Below the pieces are notes generated by a model, which made no database searches, was not told where the DNA came from, and was given only the letters and a program-made list of their open reading frames with translations. Source: a virus (lineage: Duplodnaviria > Caudoviricetes). From it: DNA of 41,544 bases. The translations under genes and the position numbers were made by a program. Location: positions 1 through 41,544 of the IMG/VR virus record IMGVR_UViG_3300022173_000040; one strand, given 5' to 3'. This document shows, piece by piece, positions 35,123 through 41,544 of this stretch. Numbering within the stretch: the stretch's first letter is position 1; every line of letters begins with the position of its first letter.

Positions 35123-35317
35123 ATGCCCGAGACCGCCATAAGCCCCAGCGAGCTTGTCACCTCCGGCGCCGTCGTGAGTGCGAGCAATCCGCTTCCGGTG
35201 ACGCTTGTTCTCGTCCCCCCGGCGCCGGTTGCGGCCGAGGCCGTCAGTCCCCGCGTGTTTGTTGTCAATGGCGAGCTGGTGAGCCCCACCAACCCGCTGC
35301 CCGTCTACATCCTGTAG
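35123..35317 (+). CDS. small NPLPV-repeat protein
   Basis: AGGAG RBS; two internal repeats. Confidence 0.55.
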   Translation: MPETAISPSELVTSGAVVSASNPLPVTLVLVPPAPVAAEAVSPRVFVVNGELVSPTNPLPVYIL

Positions 35318-35324
35318 GTATCCC

Positions 35325-35798
35325 ATGGCAATTTCACCCGTCACCCCGGTCACCAACGGCGCCATCGTCGCCGCCGCCAATCCGCTCCCGGTCTACATCG
35401 TAGGAGGGCCGGGCGGCTCGATGCTGGTGACGCCGCTCACTGCCGTCAACTTCAACGACGACAACAGCGACAACGCCATCACCATCACCCTGCCCACGGG
35501 CTTCACGCGCTACCTCGTGCAGGCCCTCAGGATCTCCGACGCCAGCGCCGACATCACCACGGCGACGGCCGGTCTGTTCACGGCGGCGGCGGCCGGCGGA
35601 ACGGCCATCGTGACAGGGGGCTCGGCCATCACCGTCTCGACGGCGGCCGAGAACACCAACAACAACTCCATGAGCTTCACGATCGCGAACGCCGACACGC
35701 AGTCCTACGACGACCTGACGCTGTTTTTCCGGGTCGCCACGGCGCAGGGCTCGGCGGCCACGGCGACCGTCTCTCTCTTCATCATTCCCCTGCCGTAG
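35325..35798 (+). CDS. hypothetical structural protein
   Basis: Thr/Ala-rich; NPLPV motif; phage-like codon usage. Confidence 0.65.
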   Translation: MAISPVTPVTNGAIVAAANPLPVYIVGGPGGSMLVTPLTAVNFNDDNSDNAITITLPTGFTRYLVQALRISDASADITTATAGLFTAAAAGGTAIVTGGSAITVSTAAENTNNNSMSFTIANADTQSYDDLTLFFRVATAQGSAATATVSLFIIPLP

Positions 35799-35805
35799 GT
35801 GATCC

Positions 35806-36138
35806 ATGGGACCGAATGAACTTGCGCTCTTCTCGCCCCAGAACGGGGGGCTGGGCGCTTATCTCTCCTGCACCGGCACGACGGGGCGCGTGGCGCTTCC
35901 GGCGCCTACGACCGGCACGACGTTCCAGATCAACAACCTGGGGACGGACATTGTGTTTCTGGCCTTCGGTGATGTGACCATCGAAGCCACGACCAGCTAT
36001 CTCGCGGTGCCTCCGGGGCTGCTCTACCTCGGCATCCCCAACGCGCGCGGCTCGGGTGCGCCGACCTACATGGCCGGGATCACCACGGGCGCCACGGTCC
36101 CTGTCCAGATTTCGGCTGGAAGCCTCACGGTCGTCTGA
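35806..36138 (+). CDS. hypothetical structural protein
   Basis: AGGT RBS; I.NLG...VFLAFG beta-sandwich pattern. Confidence 0.65.
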   Translation: MGPNELALFSPQNGGLGAYLSCTGTTGRVALPAPTTGTTFQINNLGTDIVFLAFGDVTIEATTSYLAVPPGLLYLGIPNARGSGAPTYMAGITTGATVPVQISAGSLTVV

Positions 36139-36641
36139 TGTTTTGGCCGCCGCAGCTAAACCGCGCCAACCTGCTCCGCTTCCTGAGCGGGTATCACGTC
36201 ACGTCGTGGTCGGCGGGGTCTACCGGCTTCACGCCATCGACTGCCACGACGGGCGATGTGGTGCTGGCGGGGACGCTCAACGTCGCCAACGGCGGCACGG
36301 GCGTCACCGGCTTTGGCGCGATCTCGAACCACACCAGCAGCCCCGCGGCGCTGACGGCAGCACAGAGCTTCCAGACGTTCACGAACTTGGGCGCGGCCGG
36401 CTCGGTGACATTCACGCTTCCCACGCCGGTCGCGGGCCTTGAATACACTTTCATCGTTCACGAAGCGCAGACCGTCACGCTGGACGTTGGCGGCTCTGTC
36501 GTTATCGCCATCGGTGAAATCGCCGGAACCGCAGGCGGCGGCGCATCGTGCAGCTCGCCCTATTCATCTGTGACCCTAAAGGCCGTTTCCACAACGCTCT
36601 GGGCGTCAACCTCGTCTATCGGATCATGGACCCCATCATGA
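36138..36641 (+). CDS. fibre-like structural protein
   Basis: [11 protein letters not shown] fibre repeat; VTFTLP...GL.Y.F domain. Confidence 0.7.
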   Translation: MFWPPQLNRANLLRFLSGYHVTSWSAGSTGFTPSTATTGDVVLAGTLNVANGGTGVTGFGAISNHTSSPAALTAAQSFQTFTNLGAAGSVTFTLPTPVAGLEYTFIVHEAQTVTLDVGGSVVIAIGEIAGTAGGGASCSSPYSSVTLKAVSTTLWASTSSIGSWTPS

Positions 36642-38974
36642 AGAAGTTTCTACTCGCCCTGCTGCTCGCGCTCATCCCGGTTGGGGCGTTCGCGCAGACC
36701 GCCCAGACACTCTACACGGTCCCTTCCATGGCGGCGCTCAAGGCGCTAACCACACGGCCGGGCTTCGTGGTGCTGACGAGCTACTATGGCAGCATCTCGG
36801 TCGGGGAAAGCGGCGGCGGTGAGTTCGTTTGGCTCGCCGGAAGCTCCGCGACGGCCAATGACGGAACCATCGTTCAGCCGACGAGCGGGCCTGCGGGCCG
36901 CTATGTGCGCCTCTACAATAACCGGGAAATCTTCGCCTCGTGGTTTGGCGCCAAGTGCGATCTGTCGGTAGACGACACGCCATTCATCCAGGCGGCCATC
37001 ACGACGGCAACCTCCGCGACGCTGACAGGCGGCATTGTCACCATGCCGGCGGGCTTCTGCTCGGTCACGGCTACGCTCAACATCACGAAGGGCATGATCC
37101 TTCAGGGCGGCGGGCGCGGGGCAGCGACCGGCTCCGGCAACAGCGGCGGCACGATCCTGCGCTCTGCCTCGACCACGAACGACGTGATCCATGTGCAGTC
37201 GCTGGGGGGCGTCACGTTCCGCGACTTCACGATCGACAGTTCCGTCACCAAGTCGGCCGGTGCCTGCATCCGCGTCGCGGGCGACTCGGCGTCCACCTAC
37301 AACATCAACACGCTCATCACCAACACCTACCTGTCGGGCTGCTGGGACGGCATCAAGATCGACGCAGCCAAGGACTGGCAGATCGCCTTTAACCAGATCA
37401 TCGACCACCGCCGCTATGGCGTGTTCCTTGCCTCGCTCATGTCGGGCCACACCGGAGACGACGACACCGGGCAATCGACGATCATCAGCAATGTCATTTG
37501 GGCGCTGAACACGAGCGCGGTGGCTGAAGCCAACATCTACTACGCGGGCGGCGGCGACGTTCGGGCAACGAATAACAAGCTGCTGGGCTCGGCCGTCAAT
37601 ATCCAGCTCTCCCCCACCACGGGCAATACCGCCTCGTTCATCATCGCGGAAAACTCGATGGAGGAGCCGCGCATCAACGCGGTTCGCGTCGAGAACGATG
37701 GCGCCGACTCCTACGGCAACATCCTGGTCAACGCCAACCAGATCTCGGTCCTGCTCCCGGCCTCGCCGCAAAGCGAGATTGCTGTGGTCACGAATGCCTC
37801 GCATGCGTCCTATACGGCGGAGATCGCCACAACTACTCTCACGGTGACCGCCGTTTCTTCCGGCACGCTCGCCGTGGGCGATTTCATCTATGGCACCGGC
37901 GTTGCGAGCGGCACCCGCATCACGGCGCTCGGCTCGGGCTCCGGCGGCACGGGCACCTATACGGTAGGCGTCACCCAGACCGTAGGCAGCCGCGCCATGA
38001 CGGCCTCCAAGCAGTGGATCAAGAACGTCACGGTTACGGGAAACGTCATCAACTCGACCCGCATTACCTCCGAGCCGGCGATAACGATTCAGGACGGTGA
38101 TGGCGTCATCATTGCTGACAATGCCCTGAACAACAACGAGCAGGCCGGCCCGTCCGCCATCTCGGTCGGCAACAACGCAACCAATGTGAACATCGGCCAA
38201 AACGTCATCCTGGGATACCCCAGCGGCATCTACACGGGCGGCGTCAATCGCAGCACGCGCCTGCTGGACCTAAGCAACCAGTTCACGATGGCGACTCTTC
38301 CCACGGTCGTTCTGGACGGGACGCTGATTCGCGTGTCTGACGGCACGCCCGGCACGTCGCCCCTGACGGGCAGCGGTACGGGCACCATGGCGATATGGAA
38401 CGCCAATGCATGGCACGGGCTTTCGATCTCGAATGCAGTGTCGGCCATTACGGGGCTGGGGACGGGGGTGGGGACGTTCCTTGCCACGCCCTCCAGCGCC
38501 AACCTTGCGGCGGCGTTGACGGATGAGACGGGGACGGGCGTTGCCGTGTTCTCCGCTTCTCCGGCTTTGACGGGCAATCCCACAATCGCCACGGGCGCGG
38601 ATAACGTCATCAAGTTCTGCCAGAATGGCTCGGCGGCCACGGCTAACGTCATTTCCCTCAACAACGACTGCACGGATGCGGGCTTCTCCGGCATCATGGG
38701 CGGCTCCAATGCCTTCGATAACGTCTACCTCCAGTCGGAGTCGACGGGCGGCGTCCTCCTTCGTGTCGGAAACACCAACAAGCTGTCCCTAAATTCGACC
38801 TTGGCGTCGTTTTCGGTTGATGTAACCAGCACGGGCACCGTCCGCGCCAACACGGCCTTCAGCGCAAACGGCACTGCGGGCACGTCGGCCACCATATCAG
38901 TCCGCAAAGGCGACGATTCAGGCGCGTGCAATCTGGTCGTGAACTTCGGCATCGTGACGAGCCACACATGCTGA
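36638..38974 (+). CDS. tailspike-like beta-helix (pectate-lyase-3-like) protein with N-terminal signal peptide
   Basis: WFGAKCD...DDT..IQAAI...G.V.MPAG motif; Asn-ladder repeats; N-terminus [20 protein letters not shown]. Confidence 0.8.
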   Translation: MKKFLLALLLALIPVGAFAQTAQTLYTVPSMAALKALTTRPGFVVLTSYYGSISVGESGGGEFVWLAGSSATANDGTIVQPTSGPAGRYVRLYNNREIFASWFGAKCDLSVDDTPFIQAAITTATSATLTGGIVTMPAGFCSVTATLNITKGMILQGGGRGAATGSGNSGGTILRSASTTNDVIHVQSLGGVTFRDFTIDSSVTKSAGACIRVAGDSASTYNINTLITNTYLSGCWDGIKIDAAKDWQIAFNQIIDHRRYGVFLASLMSGHTGDDDTGQSTIISNVIWALNTSAVAEANIYYAGGGDVRATNNKLLGSAVNIQLSPTTGNTASFIIAENSMEEPRINAVRVENDGADSYGNILVNANQISVLLPASPQSEIAVVTNASHASYTAEIATTTLTVTAVSSGTLAVGDFIYGTGVASGTRITALGSGSGGTGTYTVGVTQTVGSRAMTASKQWIKNVTVTGNVINSTRITSEPAITIQDGDGVIIADNALNNNEQAGPSAISVGNNATNVNIGQNVILGYPSGIYTGGVNRSTRLLDLSNQFTMATLPTVVLDGTLIRVSDGTPGTSPLTGSGTGTMAIWNANAWHGLSISNAVSAITGLGTGVGTFLATPSSANLAAALTDETGTGVAVFSASPALTGNPTIATGADNVIKFCQNGSAATANVISLNNDCTDAGFSGIMGGSNAFDNVYLQSESTGGVLLRVGNTNKLSLNSTLASFSVDVTSTGTVRANTAFSANGTAGTSATISVRKGDDSGACNLVVNFGIVTSHTC

Positions 38975-39186
38975 GGCTTGCCGCGCTCCTGATCTTGCTG
39001 CCTAGCCTCGCGTTCGCGCAGGCCAAGGACCACCTCCCCTCGGGCAAGCAGTACCTCGCAGGCCAGTTGGCGGCCTCTGAGGTAAAGGTGGCGGACATGC
39101 TCGACGAAATCGCCACGCTGCGGAAGCAACTGGAGGCGATGCGGGAGATGCTGCGGCTACGCGAAGAAAAGAAGGCCCAGCCGTGA
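38968..39186 (+). CDS. small signal-peptide coiled-coil protein
   Basis: [18 protein letters not shown] followed by heptads. Confidence 0.6.
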   Translation: MLRLAALLILLPSLAFAQAKDHLPSGKQYLAGQLAASEVKVADMLDEIATLRKQLEAMREMLRLREEKKAQP

Positions 39187-39188
39187 TG

Positions 39189-39395
39189 TCAGACCGGCAC
39201 ATCGTCGAACAGGGTAATCACCTTCACGGGCACGCCATCGCGCAAGGGGATCGGCGTGTCGGCCGGCACTTGCTCACCGAGCGAGCCGGGTTCGCCGTAG
39301 GCCCAATACACGCGATAGGTCCACTTCCCGGCGTCCATGTCGGCAAAGGGTATGCGGAGAACGTACTGCGGAATCTTGGTCGGGAGTTCAACCAT
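39189..39395 (-). CDS. hypothetical protein (antisense to the late operon)
   Basis: 68-aa ORF filling the gap before the lysis genes. Confidence 0.45.
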   Translation of the reverse strand: MVELPTKIPQYVLRIPFADMDAGKWTYRVYWAYGEPGSLGEQVPADTPIPLRDGVPVKVITLFDDVPV

Positions 39396-39531
39396 GCCTG
39401 ACCCTACCAGAGTTTGAGTGCGTAACGAAGCGGCCCGGAGGTAGCGCTGACACGACACCCCCGAGCCTGACCACCCAATGCCCCAAGGAGGCAAGAGATG
39501 GCTGCGATGAGACTGACTCTGGAGCGAACCG

Positions 39532-39723
39532 ATGGCTAGAGCGCCCCGGCAAAATAACGCCACGGCTGCGAAATTGTCGGCGCACGAGCAGGTCTGCGCC
39601 CTTCGCTATGCCGGGATCATGGAGCGGATCGGCCGCCTTGAATTGCTCGTCATCGGCGCTGCGGGGTCGATCATCATAGGGTTAATCGCTGCCGTCTGGC
39701 AGTTGTCGAAGATTGCCGGCTGA
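39532..39723 (+). CDS. single-TM lysis-associated protein (holin/antiholin-like)
   Basis: HE.VCA.RY..I..R..RLE plus C-terminal TM; GGAG RBS. Confidence 0.65.
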   Translation: MARAPRQNNATAAKLSAHEQVCALRYAGIMERIGRLELLVIGAAGSIIIGLIAAVWQLSKIAG

Positions 39724-40013
39724 TGAACGAGACCCTTCGCACCCTGGGCGCGGTGATCTACTGCACGCTCGTCACCATAGCGTTCTTCGCCTGCCTCTAC
39801 ATGATTTTCGTCGTGAAGATCGAAGGCGAGCAGGAGAAGTACCTGCTTATCATGCTGGGCGCGCTCATCACGTCATTTAAGGACGTTGGCAACTACTTCA
39901 CCGGCTCCACGGTGAGCAGCCAGAAGCAGCAAGAGCAGATCGCCACGATGGCCGCCAAGGCGTCCGACACGGCGGCAAAGACGGCTGAGACGCTGGCGGC
40001 AAAGACGCCATGA
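39723..40013 (+). CDS. putative holin
   Basis: Two TM segments, YFTGS..SS..K motif; coupled to the endolysin gene. Confidence 0.7.
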   Translation: MNETLRTLGAVIYCTLVTIAFFACLYMIFVVKIEGEQEKYLLIMLGALITSFKDVGNYFTGSTVSSQKQQEQIATMAAKASDTAAKTAETLAAKTP

Positions 40014-40447
40014 AGATCAGCCAGCAGGGCCTCGACCTCCTGATTGCCCGCGAGGGCAAGCGCAACAAGGCGTACCGGGACAGCGTCGGCGTCTGGACCA
40101 TCGGTGTCGGCCATACCGGGCCGGAAGTCCATGCGGGCCTCGTCTGGACGGATGCGGAGATTGAGGCCGCATTGCGTGCGGACATTGCCCGCTTCGAGGA
40201 TGCCGTCAACAGCGGCGCGACCGTAGGACTGGAGCAGTTCCAGTTCGATGCCCTGGTGAGCTTTTCCTTCAACGTCGGCGTCGGCGCCTTCAAGACCTCG
40301 AGCCTGCTCAAGAAGATCAACCTCCAGCAGTTCGAGGCCGCCGCGCTCCAGTTCGACCGCTGGCATATCCCGCCGGAAATCACGAGCCGCCGGAACGCCG
40401 AGCGCGAGCAGTTCAAGGGCGAAGCCTTCGAGGCGCGCATCGCATGA
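40010..40447 (+). CDS. endolysin, GH24 phage lysozyme
   Basis: E-8-D-5-T triad (REG...YRDSVGVWTIGVGHT); QFDALVSFSFNVG; RR.AE. Confidence 0.95.
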   Translation: MKISQQGLDLLIAREGKRNKAYRDSVGVWTIGVGHTGPEVHAGLVWTDAEIEAALRADIARFEDAVNSGATVGLEQFQFDALVSFSFNVGVGAFKTSSLLKKINLQQFEAAALQFDRWHIPPEITSRRNAEREQFKGEAFEARIA

Positions 40448-40680
40448 CCGTTCTTCTCCGCTTCGCCCCCTGGCTGATCGCCGCCGCCTCTATCGCCGCT
40501 GCGGCCTTCCTCTTTTGGCAGAACGGCCGCCTTCACGAAGCCAACGGCAAGCTGGAATTGGAGAACAAGCAACTGCAATCCACCCTGAAGGAGAAGGCCG
40601 ATGCTCGGAAGAGCCGTGCCAATACTGATGGTGCTGTCAGGCGTATGCCTCCTGCTGATGTCATTGAGCGGCTGCGCTAA
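40444..40680 (+). CDS. i-spanin (Rz-like)
   Basis: N-terminal TM plus coiled coil, after the endolysin. Confidence 0.75.
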   Translation: MTVLLRFAPWLIAAASIAAAAFLFWQNGRLHEANGKLELENKQLQSTLKEKADARKSRANTDGAVRRMPPADVIERLR

Positions 40681-40843
40681 GCCGCCGGTTATCGTGGAAG
40701 CGGACACCTCCTGCGACCGCTTCGCTCATATCTCATTCAACGACGCCCAGCGCGCCGCCGTGGCTGCGAATTGGGACCTGTGGGAATCGGCTGCCGAGCA
40801 GGTCGCCGCACACAACGTCGAGTATGACAAGAGGTGCATTTGA
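40601..40843 (+). CDS. o-spanin lipoprotein (Rz1-like)
   Basis: Lipobox LSGC; overlaps the i-spanin 3' end in another frame. Confidence 0.75.
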   Translation: MLGRAVPILMVLSGVCLLLMSLSGCAKPPVIVEADTSCDRFAHISFNDAQRAAVAANWDLWESAAEQVAAHNVEYDKRCI

Positions 40844-41541
40844 TGCCCACCATCTCCAAAGAGCGTGACGACCTTTTCAGAAGGGCATGGGAGCGAACAG
40901 GCGGCCAGCCTTCCCAAGTCGCCAAGCTGCTCAACATCTCCGACCGCGCCGTGTTCGCCCGGCGTTCCAACATCGAGGAACGGTACGGGATCAAACTGCG
41001 ATCATCCGGTCAGGCAGAAGGCAAGGGCAGGGGCGATGGCAACGCGCCCACTGACTACCCGCAGCGGGTCACAATCGACAACTTTTCCGGCCAGATGGTC
41101 GTATTCAGCGACGCACACTTTTGGCCGAATCAAGACAAGACCTTGGCGCACCGCGCGCTTATCGAGGTCATCAAGGACATTAAGCCCAAGCTGATAATCG
41201 CGAACGGTGACATCTTCGACGGGGCGCGGCTCAGTCGCTTCCCTCGCAACGGATGGGAAGAACTCCCCCGTGTGGTCGACGAACTAGAGGCCGCTGTCGA
41301 GCATATGAACGAGATCCGGCATCTCTGCCGGGGCGCTCGCTTTCTTCGCACGATCGGCAACCACGACATCCGCTTCGACCGCTACCTGTCGATGAATGCT
41401 TCTGAAATGGATGGCATTGCAGGCACTCGCCTGTCTGACCATCTGCCCGCGTGGCAGGAGTGTATGTCGATTGCCATCAACGGCAATACGATGGTGAAGC
41501 ACCGCATCACTGGCGGCATTCACAGCGGATACCGCAACACT
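40843..41541 (+). CDS. N-terminal part of HTH + calcineurin-like metallophosphoesterase (about 331 aa in total; continues to 426)
   Basis: Missing from the ORF track because it runs off the end; translates MPTISKERDD...QVAKLLNISDRAV...VVFSDAHF...ANGDIFDG...IGNHD. Confidence 0.85.
41416..41541. repeat. 126-bp terminal direct repeat (right copy)
   Basis: Identical to 4-129. Confidence 0.95.
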
Positions 41542-41544
41542 TCT

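Noticed and set aside
1-41544. Diversity-generating retroelement, retron, IS transposase or DNA methyltransferase
   Set aside because: No reverse transcriptase (YxDD in context), DDE/HUH transposase or methyltransferase motifs recognised; no TR/VR pair seen

Overview
The window is an apparently complete, circularly permuted genome (about 41,412 bp unique; 126-bp overlap at 4-129 = 41416-41541) of a GC-rich temperate phage. The host is most likely an alphaproteobacterium, inferred from a GapR-like gene and cuckoo-like hairpins. Layout: attP/integrase/excisionase (1.6-3.1 kb); leftward early operon with ERF, NinB, HNH and many small genes (3.1-8.3 kb); cI/cro switch (8.4-9.4 kb); rightward early/replication operon with a GapR-like protein, DnaA-domain-IV protein, PAPS-reductase-like protein, resolvase and initiator (9.4-16.6 kb); podovirus-type virion module (16.6-39.2 kb); lysis cassette (39.5-40.8 kb); and a metallophosphoesterase-GNAT pair spanning the contig junction. 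The most unusual signals are non-coding. (i) About ten dispersed, covarying GA/GA-mismatch mini-hairpin repeats sit in the early region and bracket accessory genes as inverted pairs. (ii) A 148-nt tRNA-like RNA has its own promoter. (iii) A C4/CI-type antisense RNA has a loop complementary to the replication gene's ribosome-binding site. (iv) The attP appears to carry the 3' end of a host VOC/glyoxalase gene. All calls are from reading motifs by eye; no database searches were run.
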